Origin: the human T2T-CHM13v2.0 reference genome, Homo sapiens
Assembly (NCBI RefSeq): GCF_009914755.1
Contig: NC_060927.1
Reading direction: 5' to 3' (one strand)
DNA length: 64,000 nt
Made by a program: the position numbers and the translations under genes. Below, in pieces: positions 1-17,745 of this stretch. Position 1 is the first letter of the stretch. Every line of letters begins with the position of its first letter. The notes beneath the pieces are model-generated. The model ran no database searches and was not told the origin of the DNA. It saw only the letters and a program-made list of their open reading frames with translations.

Positions 1-708
1 GTTAGCCCTTCTCTGCAAGGAGCAGTTAAAAAAATTTTTTTTTCAAATAAAAAATATTAAAAAAATAAAATATTGTAAGAAATCAGAAGAACAACAGTGA
101 AGACTTTATGAAAGATGTGGCATTTGAATGCTTAGCATTCATCAGTGTTTCAAAATATGGAAATGTCAGAAAAACACCATTCTAGAGATTTTGTAAAAGC
201 ATGGTCAAATAGTATGGCTAAAAATTCAGATGGATAGATACCAGATAAGTGGCAATAAATTCCTGATTAACACCACTAACCCAATACTACACTATTGAAC
301 TATGATGGGCACACTGGCAAACAAAGCAATACACTATCATGGTGAAAAGCACTTCACTAATGTACCTTAATGCATACTTTCAATTATGTAATTGAGTACA
401 GATGCCACAATCCCATAATTGTTATATGGCAGCAGAAAATGGAGAACATTTTATTTGCTTTATTTTTCATGAGTTTGAATTTTGTGCAGTAAATTTATCA
501 TTTTTTACAAAAACAATACAGCTATTTTTGAAAAATAAAATTATGATCAACGTTTGTATGACTATAAAAAGTTAATGTTTCCTTTGTTCATAATAATTTC
601 ATTCCCACCCGATTAATCCTCATCCTTTAGCCAGCCGAGCACAATCTGTCATTTGTCCTTGATCAGCACATTCCACACAAGGAATCGTGTGGTGGGAAAG
701 AATATTTA

Positions 709-903
<195 letters not shown>

Positions 904-2300
904 TCACTCAGATTACAAAAACAGTCATCTATTGCATAAACCCATTTACAATGAAGTAAATATTATTAAAAATTAAACACATCTAAGAAAGATAAGTCAA
1001 ATAAAATAATGTAATGGCTTGAGAAAGTGAACCATGAAAAATACAACACTAACGCACATTAAAATGCCTATTGTTTTGTATTATCAAATCATTTGAGTCA
1101 AAAAGTGCTCTTTTTGGAAATAATTCTCTTAATAAAATAATGAACATAAAGATGTTCCAAGGTTAATATACTGCCATTTGAAAAATTAAGTGTAAAATGT
1201 TAGAGGTTTTAATAGAATTTTCACTTTTGTAATAGTGCTCAGAAGAGAAATTTCCTCCAACATAACTCTGAACAAGAACTAGGGAAATAATTAGCAAGTA
1301 TCAGAGTCGATTACATGAGTCTTCCATGAAAAGACAACACTGGCATCCCTCTATTAATAGGCCCTTATTCTGGGATCTCATTCAAACAATGGTGATAGTT
1401 TTTTATTGCTCTAGAAACAACACTGTCTGCTGCCTTGTTACCCTAACACCAATCATTTGAAGGTCAGATGGAAAAAAGGTGTATGAGAATACCACGGCTA
1501 AACAGTCCATACAGGGAATCAACACGTGGCAGGATTACTACTATGCTCTCACTTAACCTAAAATAATACGCTTAAAATACATTTTTTTTGTTTTATGAAA
1601 ATATAGTTGAAAGATAATGTGCTTAATGATGATTAATAAAGAAAAACTATTATATTACAAAATTGTCTTAGCTAGCTTTAAAATCTCAATCAGGTTGAAA
1701 TTATTATTTCACAAAATGGTATTTTCAAATGTTTAATAAAAATACTAATATGTATACACAGAGTATAAAGGTATTAGCTTATCAAAGTATTCCTGAAGCT
1801 TTTTCACCACTCAACTATTTTAAACTGGGGATTCCTTCCAGTGGATGTATTAGGACCATCCACAGTCTTTTACCACCAAGAGATCTACGTAAGTTGTCAT
1901 TTACCTCCAATCTACTGTATCTTCTAAAAAGTCCAGAAGCACAAATCAGTGCCTGGAGCGGGCCAAAGAAGAGCTTCCCACTAGCCATCTAACTTATCCA
2001 AAACTAGAAATAAAAATCTCAAGGTCTTTGTCATATTAGGAAATGGGAATTTTTAAAAATCATTTATTAGTATATGTAAAATGGTACTCTTCTAATATTC
2101 ATATATTAAATATGAGCCCTCTAGTAAAACATAGAGTCATCTTTGGAAATGAAAAAGGGTTAAACATTAAAAGTAAACACTAAGACAAAAGAGAAGAACT
2201 AGATTAAAATAAACAATAAATTTATCTCAGAAAGCAATTTAAGTTTGAGGTAAAAGAATAAAGGAAAGAACTGGTGAACAGCCAAACAAATATAAGGTTA

Positions 2301-2423
<123 letters not shown>

Positions 2424-2754
2424 TTAGAGGGAAAAAATAGCTTAAATTGGTTATGCATTGCATTAATGTAGAATAATTCAGAAAAATACAATTTTTCCAA
2501 CTAAAAACTTGATACCAAAAAATGTTCTTCCAACTTTTAAAAAATTTATGCTGCATGCCAAAAATCTTGAACATATTTCATAAAATAAAATTTAGCAACT
2601 GACTAAAAATGTCTGGCTATGATTAAACATTTTTGTGGTAACAACATCTTAGTTATACAAGATTTGGGTGGATATTAGCTGACTGGTTTAGTACTTACTG
2701 ACTTACTTAAATTTCATGACAAGAATGTACATAGAAGCCTAACAACCATATTTC

Positions 2755-3200
2755 ATCCAATCTAAAAACACCAATTGAGAGCCTGAGAATATGACAATAC
2801 TAGAGGTACAACGCAGGATACATCGCCTGCTCTTGAGGCCTCTACCATCTGGTGAAGATAAGACATTTACTCATATTTATATTAAATCAAGTAAGTAAAA
2901 ACTGTCAGAAGAGGGGTATAAAATAAATGCCACAGGAGAGTAAAGGAGGAACAATGGCTAGATGAGTTAATCACAAGAGAATGAGTCTTGAAAGAAAATG
3001 TTGAGAGCTAAAGATACAGAAAAGGCTGTATTTTAGGAGAAAGCTATGTAAGATCAATGACAGGTAGAAAAATACACTGAGTGTTGTTTCAGGAATTGTG
3101 GGTCTTCCAGTAGTACAGTTTGTGAGAAAATGGAAAAATAAGTTGAGAAAAGCAGACTGGGCTTAAACTGCAGAAAGCTTTGTTAAACTAAAGAGTATGA
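2755..3200 (-). mobile_element. LINE-2 fragment (degenerate)
   Basis: Purine-rich L2 antisense-like sequence starting with a catccaatc/ttgagagcc 3'-end remnant. Confidence 0.5.
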
Positions 3201-3225
3201 ACTCCTAAGTAATTTTAGCCACTAA

Positions 3226-3522
<297 letters not shown>

Positions 3523-4020
3523 TGTTTGGAATTTTTACTTTTCACCATGGTGTAAAATTCAAAAAATAAAAAAGGATATACAGAAGAAAATTTAAAAAGC
3601 ACCTTCCTGGGCCTATCATCAGCCACCCAGTTCCTTTCCCTAGAGGTAAATAACATTATCAGATTCTTGGGTAGCAATCACTACAAGGTTTTACAAAAGG
3701 GAAGATCTATCTGATAGTGGGGTATAGGATGGCATCTAAAGAAAATTCTTTAGAAATCAATTGGCATCATCAGCATAAGAGTTGAGGAGAACATTAAGTA
3801 ATGGATTGATAACACGGATGGGTGGGAAGACTATGTGAGATAGGTTCCTGGATGATGGTTTCATTTTTCTATGAAGATTAACAGTCTTCAGAAAACGTTT
3901 AAGGAAAGCAAGAACCATAAACATTGTTTCAAGTTACTATATTTTAAGTTAAAATTTTGCTTTATCAACAGGTAAATTATTTTTATCTTCAACTCCTTTA
4001 AGAAAAAGAATAAGACATTC

Positions 4021-4348
<328 letters not shown>

Positions 4349-5205
4349 ATTAAGACATTATGTCAGTTGCCAATTATATAATTTTATGTATCCCTTCGTA
4401 AGAGGCACATGTTCTATATTATTGTGGTCAAGTATCCCAATTAGAGCAACAATTGAGGCTTCTTCTACTTTATAATTTTAGTGTCTCCTGGGAGAAGAGA
4501 ATAAATGTGCAACTTCTATTAAAACATAGAAGTTTCTTGGTTTAGGCATTTCCCATTAAGATTAACCAAATCAAAGGAACAAGTAAACCACTGTGATAGC
4601 AGACACATCTGCTATTGCCAGACAATGGAAAAACATAGGCTGTGCTGTAGCCTTATACACATAGTGAATGACAGTGATGAGCAATCTATCTAACTGTAGG
4701 CCACGTAGCAGCTGTGCGTGTGCCTGTGCACCTGCAGATGGTCAGCTTGCACATTCAAGCACACACCTTTCTGTGATGCAGTCGAGGGAGTAAAAGATGT
4801 ATTCAGTACAAACACCTTTGTTTCATGTAATTTCCATTATTTGCGAATTTATGTAATAACAAACTATAGCAATATCCAAAAACTTGCACATAGGTGTTCA
4901 ATACGTATTTGCTTATGAACTGAAATTTCAAGCTTCATATACAGTAAAAACGCTTTGTGCCTATTTAAAAAACAAAGAATGTCTGCAATGTTCCACTGCA
5001 AAGAAAAGGAATCCTCTTCTGAACAGTTGTCCTGGATTCCATATTAAAAATGTTTATACTTTTAAAGAGTCAATTAATATTCTTATTGAAAGCAGCATGT
5101 TCATCTGAGATGCATTTTCTGCAAACGCTTCATGAATATATTCTGTTTTTAAACAAAGAAAATGCAAATGATGGTTCTTAATGAAAATAATTCTGCAACA
5201 GTTTA

Positions 5206-5361
<156 letters not shown>

Positions 5362-5970
5362 TTATTCTTTACCTTAATCATAGTTCATGAGATAACTTGA
5401 ACTAGAAACAGTGAGGAGTTAAAAAAGCAAACATAAAGTACATTTATAGTAACTGAAGGTAATTTAATGTATATAATTCCACAGAGCCGTTATGGGATCA
5501 ATATGTTCCTGAAAATTATGATTAGTTTAAAATAATCCTATGTGCTGTTATAAATAATATACATAAATGTATAATAAGAATGCCTTCTGCAGACTATTAA
5601 CTAAAAAGAATAGATATACCTCTATGCTTTAGTAAAAAACCAGCCACAAATAAAAATCTAGAGGCAAATGATCACAGTAAACATTTACAATTTTAACTGT
5701 AAGAAAGCCAATTTTATATTTGTAGAGCACATAAAATACTTCCTTAATAATAATGATCAATATTAATTAAACATGAAGCCTTCCCAAGATTTTTTAAAAA
5801 TATTAGTCTTCTTGACCCCTCTTACTATCTCATTCCCAACCTAAGAGTTTTCATAAGGAAAAAAACACTTAATCAGGGTATACCAAAAAGAATCAGAAAC
5901 TATTTAAAAAGAAGCATAAACTATATGAATCTATACATACATATATATATACATACATAAATATATATAA

Positions 5971-6275
<305 letters not shown>

Positions 6276-6278
6276 TGA

Positions 6279-6498
<220 letters not shown>

Positions 6499-6723
6499 TA
6501 TATTTTTATAGCATTTATTTTTCCATAGATGTCTATTTTAACAATATATTTTAAAAAGCACTCGCACTGTATAGCATTTGACAAATTACGAAGTGCTTTT
6601 ACACAGAGATTTCATTTAACTTTTTTCAATTAAGCACTAATACAAGAATCTGAATGTCATTTGCCTCTATGTCAAATTATTTTATGAGTTACCAAAATGA
6701 AATAAAGAAAAACAAAACTTTAC

Positions 6724-6762
6724 CTGAACAAGCGTTGCATCATTACATGCTTTCCGAGCATC
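6724..6762 (-). CDS. GNB4: GNB4 exon 3 (39 nt, DARKACNDATLVQ)
   Basis: Acceptor tttttacttcag|GATGCT, donor TTCAG|gtaaag; phase 0-0. Confidence 0.98.
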
Positions 6763-6877
6763 CTGAAGTAAAAAAATATGATTATAATGCATTTAGCAAC
6801 CTGTGGAATGACTAAAGTGATACTTTTATTGAAAACGTAGATTTGTGAATTTACTTCTCACTGTACCACATCTTTAA

Positions 6878-7113
6878 AAATTTTTTTAATTGATATAAAA
6901 ATCACATAACCTAAATCAAACCATTTTAACCATTTTAAGGCATGTAATCCAGTAGTTTTTAGTATCACAATGTTGTGTGACCATCACCACTAATTACAGA
7001 ACATTTACATCACCCCAAAAAAGAAACCCCATATCTCCTAATTCCTTTTTCTCTCACAGCCCTTAACAGTCACTAATTTACTTTCTTTCTCTATGGATTT
7101 GCCTCTTCTGAAC
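6878..7113 (-). mobile_element. L1MB-type LINE-1 3' end
   Basis: ccatcaccactaattacagaacatttacatcaccccaaaa...tctctatggatttgcct motif typical of L1MB 3'UTR antisense. Confidence 0.8.
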
Positions 7114-7131
7114 AAAATTTGAGAGATGTCA

Positions 7132-7161
7132 ATAAAAATTTGAGAGACCTCAAATTTTTAT
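7132..7161. repeat. Perfect 13-bp inverted repeat with 4-nt loop
   Basis: ATAAAAATTTGAG-agac-CTCAAATTTTTAT. Confidence 0.9.
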
Positions 7162-8157
7162 ACAAACTGAAAAGGATTATCAAAAGGAAGACGGTGAAGC
7201 AGAAATTAACAAAAAATTAAAGACTGCAAAGAACATATTTAATAAAAAAAGTTTTACACCAAACATCAGTTTTTTTCAAATTTATCAGTTAACAAATTTA
7301 GAGGATTTATATACATAGAAAAATAAGAAATGAAATTAAATCCTTCCTGCTAGGCTTAAACTTTTTTCCACAAAGGTTATAGTAGTATCCTCTTCAATTT
7401 TGTTTTTTCTATACAGTGTTTAAGTACTTGCATAGTCCTGGGCAAGGAGAACGCACAAGATGTTTGCTGAATAAATGTCCCAAATGGACAACTTGTTCCA
7501 GTCAGCCGAGGGAAAAATGCCTGCTTCAGCTCCCAGCAAACACTGGATGGCAGACATGATCTTTCTGGCTGCCCTTTCAACCTATTTATAACCACTCAGA
7601 ATATTTCTAAGTAAGGGTGTTCACAAGTAGTTGCACTAAACATGTGATTTGATTATTTCATTCTTAGCCAAATTGTGGGTTTAAAGACCTCATCTGGTAA
7701 GGAATAATGTAGCCCACTTTCCTATAATGAAGAGTTTCCAGAAATGACAGTGATGGGCCTGAACCATGTTCCAAAAATGGTAGAGTTAAAGACCAAATTC
7801 TTAAAAAAGGTTCTTTGACTTCAAGCTTTATGAAAATGAACCATCATTGTTTAGACTATCTTTTTTAATTTAGTTAGTTGTTAAAAAAACTGGGTTGAAC
7901 ACTATGTGTCAGGCACTATTCTAGGCACCAATAGGCGTCAAAAATCTCTGCCCTCATTGAGCTTACATTAATATTAGTAACACAATTTAAAAATTGCAAA
8001 TGGAAATTATTGAACTACGCTGAAAATTGGTAACAAAAATTAAAATATTATGTTGGAATACAAGAATTCTACAAATATGTTAGCAGCAGTTATGTGCAAA
8101 ATTACATTATGCAAAGATTCTATTTACACTGAGAACTCTCTCTTATGAACACTATTA

Positions 8158-8355
<198 letters not shown>

Positions 8356-8583
8356 TTAAAGGCTGAATTCCATACTGTCCAGCACCACAAGAAATAAAAA
8401 ATCTGGTAAGATATTTGTGCAAAAGAAAGATGATACATACTTTTTTGCAAATCAAAGACATAACAATTACACAAGAAAACAAAATCTATTTTCTCTATTT
8501 GCATTTTTTAAAATTTAAAACAAATCATCTATTATAATACATAGCATACATTTCTATTATATCATGTATTTACACTATAGTAA

Positions 8584-8925
<342 letters not shown>

Positions 8926-9337
8926 AGAAAGATTTTTAAATATAGTGTGACAATTAAACTAAGAAAAGTACATAGTATTTTACATATATGTGGTTACTTC
9001 AAATCATGGGAGGAGATGATTTGGTGAGCACCTGCGCCCACGACATTGTGCTTGGGATGCTAGTGAGATACGGAGATGATTAAGACACAAAATTATCCAT
9101 CTAGGTACAAACAGTAGGGGCAAATATGCACAAGAACTACAACACAAGGCAGACCGTGATCAGCTCTATAACAGAAGTCCAACATGCTGTACAAGTAAAA
9201 ATCTGCCACTTGCTGGCAGCAGACTAAGTCCTCTATGTGTTATTTCACTTAATCCTCTGCAGAAACATATAAAGTGGGGTACTGGTACTCTTGCTTCACA
9301 GCAAAGATACTGATCATCAATGAAGTTAAGAAACTTG

Positions 9338-9665
<328 letters not shown>

Positions 9666-9756
9666 TTAGGACTCAACAGATAGGATTTCCAAAGAGCAAA
9701 ATTGGCTCAGAAGTCGTATAATTCCAGGCCAAGGGAACAATTTGATAAAAGGTAAC

Positions 9757-9894
9757 AGATGAGAAAGAGTAATGCGTGTTCAGGGAACCAAACTAGTATG
9801 GCTACAGCACAAGTCGCAGGAAAGGAGATGAGAAAGAGTAATGCGTGTTCAGGGAACCAGACTAGTATGGCTACAGCACAAGTCGCAGGAAAGG
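9757..9894. repeat. 69-bp tandem duplication (2 copies, 1 mismatch)
   Basis: 9757-9825 and 9826-9894, differing only at accaAact/accaGact. Confidence 0.97.
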
Positions 9895-9929
9895 ACATTA
9901 GTAACTAAGGTTGGGAGAACCAACTTTAA

Positions 9930-10072
9930 GTTATAGCAGAACACACCTGGTCTGAATCCTGGATCTGTTACCTTGGCAACTTATTTAATCTCACTGAGCC
10001 TCAGCTTCCTCAACTATTAAATGAAGTAACACCATCGACTTCACAGAGTCGGTGTGAGGATTAAATGAGATA
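9930..10072 (+). mobile_element. MIR
   Basis: Core ctgagcctcagcttcctcaactattaaatg...gtgaggattaaatgaga. Confidence 0.8.
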
Positions 10073-10334
10073 GGCATGTGGCCACATGGTTTAGCCAATC
10101 AGCTGCTCCTGCTCAGCATCTGGAGTAAGTGACACAAAGTAGAGAGGGCAGAAATTCCTTCTAGTGGGTGCAGTAACATCGAATTCAGAGATGAGTCTGC
10201 GAAGCCTTCTGTGATTATCCCAGGCAAAATACATCTCTCCTTTGTTCTGAAAGCTTTGTTGAGATACCTAAGATTTCAACTCATAATTCTTATTCACATC
10301 TAAATAGTTACCTTCCTTGAATTCCTGGCAATAA

Positions 10335-10760
<426 letters not shown>

Positions 10761-11194
10761 TAGACAAATTCTTCAGAAACAGCTATTGTGAGAGGTTCAA
10801 ACTGGGAAAAGCAGCAGCTGTGTTCCAAGTTATGAGATTCTCCCTGCTTACCCTTGTACGTTGCTTTAGCCTTTACTTTTCTCTGGGAAAAGAAGTAGGC
10901 AGCTGCCAGGCTACTCACAACTCAAAGCCTCTTTCCTCCACCCTGCTTACCGCCAGGCTTCCTACAAGATGGCATGTCTATATCCTTTCATTTTTAGCTC
11001 TGCCTTCCTTGATATTTCTCAGTGCTAATGAAGTCCAAGGAAGCATCTGTTCCCATTGTTCCAAAGAAGGGACCGTGGTGCTGTCTCTTAGAGAGTGCTC
11101 CCCACGCAGACGCCTCCTCTCAGAGCCTCCCCACGTGCTGCTGCTTCACTGCATTTGGCAACTCCTCTCCATCCATTACGCTTTGAAGTTCTAG

Positions 11195-11627
<433 letters not shown>

Positions 11628-11978
11628 TAATGTATAGATTAATATTTCCCTAGTGTGACATTATATTGTGACACTATCTACATTATGGTTTTGTACCAAA
11701 AATCTATGATTCTAGGCATGTAAATAAAAAGAGAATTATGTCTGTCTTTCATAGAGGCCATTCTTCTACATAGGTACTTGTTCGCAATGAATTTTGAAGA
11801 GTTCTTTCGAGACATGGTAAACACAAATAGACCTCAGTTCTTACTTCGCCATGTGAGAGAAAAAAAGACCATTTCTAGCCTTAGAAATCATTTAATATAG
11901 ACTGATAAACTAATAGGCAAATTTTGTAGATTCCTGGTACTAAATAAGTGCTAACATTTTGAAATGAAAAGGTTTTAC

Positions 11979-12035
11979 CTGAATCTGATTCCGCAGTTGT
12001 TCTGCTTCTTGCCTCAACTGTTCCAGTTCGCTCAT
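11979..12035 (-). CDS. GNB4: GNB4 exon 2 coding part (57 nt, MSELEQLRQEAEQLRNQIQ; N-terminal coiled coil)
   Basis: ATG at 12035-12033 in context gaaaaaATGA; donor TTCAG|gtaaaa. Confidence 0.98.
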
Positions 12036-12077
12036 TTTTTCAATTTGTTTACCTCAGGAGCTAATGAGTGAAAACAG
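12036..12077 (-). other. GNB4: GNB4 exon 2 5'UTR part (42 nt)
   Basis: Polypyrimidine tract and acceptor ctctctgttttttaacag|CTGTTT; no upstream ATG. Confidence 0.9.
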
Positions 12078-12384
12078 CTGTTAAAAAACAGAGAGCAAGA
12101 GAAAGATTCAGTTCTCTACTTACATCTTAATCTGGTTTTACAATACTGACATATAACTTCTTTTTGGACCTACTGAAATTCAATGGAGGTAGTCAATTAT
12201 TAAAGGAATTTAAAGATGCTTAGTAAATATAGAATGAGGTTATTTACTGAAGGGTTGTATACAAGAACATGATCAGAGGATGGAGGAGAAATTCCAAGTT
12301 GTAGTATTCAAGGCTGAATTATGGGGAATTAGTACCAGAATGGAGTCTGGTGAGAAATATTTTACAACAGTTCAGAGGACACCA

Positions 12385-13550
<1,166 letters not shown>

Positions 13551-14716
13551 AAGCAACCTGAAATAGCTTAACAAATAAAGGAATATTCATTCTAAGGATT
13601 TAGGATGAATCACAGAACCAAAAGACAGGAATATTACTACCTCAAAAAGACACTAGAGGCTAGAAACTGGGAGTATTCTTTCTCTACCTGTCCTGGTCTC
13701 TTTTCTCTTCTTATCTTCCTTGGTTTTTTTCTTTCTACAGAATGACTTTTTCTGCTCCCCTAAGTACAAAACCCAAGCCTATAACTTTTTAGGTCAAGAT
13801 TGTAGCCCGAAATGACTGTCCTAAGTCCAAATTCCTATAAAAGATTGATTCCCCTCATGAGAGAGAATTTGGTTTTGATGTCTATGCTACAATCGCATCA
13901 ACTATGGTACAAATATCTGTTTATTATGTTCAGACAAAAAGAAAAGAAAAACCAGTATCTATTTATTCTTTCAGAATTCACTTTGTATTTATTTTGTCCA
14001 ATTAAAAAATAAATGTATTGGGATTGACTGGAATGGCATTAAGGTATATAAAACAGTTCCAGAAGAACTAAAATCATTCTAATATTCCATTTCCAATTTA
14101 ATATTGTGGCATATTTCTCTGTTTATCCAAATTTTCCATCTTTATTTATGAGTCTTAACCATTCCCTGATAAAGTTTGATTGTTTAACAATTTAGTATGC
14201 ATCTCAGAGAGGGCCAGACTGGACAGATTACAGCCGGTCTGGAATCCCATTCCGCTGAAGTGAAGACAAGCAGCATGCGGGCTCTTTAAAGCCGCAACCT
14301 TAGCTGCCCTTGCTGACCATTCCTGAGATATCCCTGGCCCCACAGTCCTAGAAACTCTCATTATTTTGATACCTCTTTATTTTTAGGGTCCCAAAACATT
14401 TTGGGTAAGCACAACTAGTTTACATCCCTCCTACTAACTAAAACACTAGAAAGAACTATCGAGGGACCCTAAAGGGCCTCGGGACTTTTTAAAAATTTGC
14501 AGTTATTATTATTACTATTATGGTTATTATTTGTAGAGATGGGGTTCTAGCTATATTGCCCTGCCAAAGCACTAGGACCAAAGGCATGAGTCGCTGAGCC
14601 CAGGCTGGGTCTCAGAACTTTTAAGCTTATTAAAAATTACCTGTAACCCATCCTACTGCTGTCCTTCCCCCAAAGCCACACACACATACCAGTGACCTTC
14701 TAAAGCAGGAGTTACC

Positions 14717-15328
14717 TGTAATAAGAGTTACTTGGGATAAACTATGATCTGTACCAAATGAATGAGAATTTCCAGGCTGAGTGCCCCTAAGGATGGAGGT
14801 ACCATGAATAGAAATGGGAAACAAAGAAAAAGCAGTTCCCTCACCACCATCACTCCGTGGATGGGGCACCGATGGGATGACGGGTGAGGCAATCTGTCCC
14901 AGACCCGGGCCCTTCCTGCACATTCTGGCTGGGAATGCCAAGAACACAAGTCCCTAGTGGCTGTTACTTGGGCCATCTCTCAGGGTTGTTTTGCAACATG
15001 CAACCTCAAGGAATAAGACAATGTCTCCTCATGAGATGAAGAGCAGAATGGCTTCTATTTACTGTAAAAGGGGTAAAACCCCCAAGCTCAGTGTCTCTAG
15101 GCTGTGATGAAATCCAGTGCACGTGCAGCATCCATCTGGGCCTACCTGTGTCACCCTGTGGGCACTGGGGAACACCGGGAATCAACACAAAGCATCATCA
15201 CACCATGCTACTCACCGTTGAGTAATAAAATCTTTTGTCTCTGACCAAGGAGTTTCATCAAACAGTAACAGACTCATTTATTCGCTTGTAAGTAGGTAAA
15301 GATCCCAGGTCCTTTACAGTCATGGATA
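14717..15328 (+). mobile_element. Solo ERVL-class LTR (MER76-like)
   Basis: TG start, aataaaatcttttgtctctgacc poly(A) region, terminal gcttgtaagtaggtaaagatcccaggtcctttacag motif. Family from recall. Confidence 0.6.
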
Positions 15329-15882
15329 TAGGGTTCAGAAGAAAAAAGATGAGGGGTCCAATGTGGAAAATAGTGAGTTTGTGGCTCATCCCTTCTTAAC
15401 CAGGCTTCATCCAGTACTTCATCAGGCATTCTAGGTCCAGAACTTCAAGCCTTTTCACAGTACCCTAGCCTGCCTGCCCTTCCATCTTGTCACACTCAAC
15501 AGCAAAAGCAAAACCCTGGATGAAAGCAGCTACCTACTTTCTTTCAGCCAGCACTCAAGTGGCCAAACATTGATTGAGAAAGTCAAACAATGGGGCATAT
15601 CAGTTCTACTACAAATTCACATCACCAATCTCAACTGGGCCCTCAAAACTACCTGGCAACCCTGCACAGCTTTGTATGCACTGCTTCTGCTTTTGCTATC
15701 AAATATTTAAATTCCTTTGCAATCTTTTCAAAATTTTGACCTTCTCACAAGCCCTCTTGCAGCAGATGACCTTGCCATCTATATCATAAAGTAGAAGCCA
15801 TCAAACATGAACTTTTTCAATCTTCCACTACTAGATATACAAAGCTATACATACATAACTGACTCATATTCCTCATCTTCCT

Positions 15883-15899
15883 TGTGTGTGTGTGTGACT

Positions 15900-15950
<51 letters not shown>
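15883..15950. repeat. Compound microsatellite (TG)n-(AG)n-(AGAC)11
   Basis: (AGAC)11 at 15907-15950. Confidence 0.95.
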
Positions 15951-15953
<3 letters not shown>

Positions 15954-16224
15954 GGCCTCACTCTGCTGCCCAGGCTGGAGTGCAGTGGTGGTTAACTGCA
16001 GCTTCAACCTCCCAGGCTCAAGCAATCCTCCAGCCTCAGCCTCCCAAGTAGCTGAGCCCACAGGTGGGCACTACCACGTCAAGCTAATTTTCTTTTTTCT
16101 TTTTTGGTAGAGACAGGGTCGCCATGTTGCCCAGGCTTGTCTCAAACTCCTGGGCTCAAGCGATCCCCCCCACCTGAGCTTTTCAAAGTGCTGGGATTAT
16201 AGGCATAAGTCACTGTACCTGGCC
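15950..16224 (-). mobile_element. AluJ
   Basis: J-type reverse complement. Confidence 0.88.
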
Positions 16225-16299
16225 CTTCCTTTCTCTTATAATAGAATAGCTGACTTCTTTCCTGTTTGGGCCAATTCCTCCACTGGTGATTCATTCATT

Positions 16300-16601
<302 letters not shown>

Positions 16602-16674
16602 TGATTTAAACTCTCACCTTTTAAGTAATCTTATACTTCCAGTATATTCAATCTCTTACACTTTTCTCTATTTT

Positions 16675-17745
<1,071 letters not shown>

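Noticed and set aside
9707-9898. ORF with a perfect 23-aa repeat; possible CRISPR-like array
   Set aside because: A by-product of the 69-bp duplication: two abutting copies, no spacers, no cas genes, eukaryotic intron.
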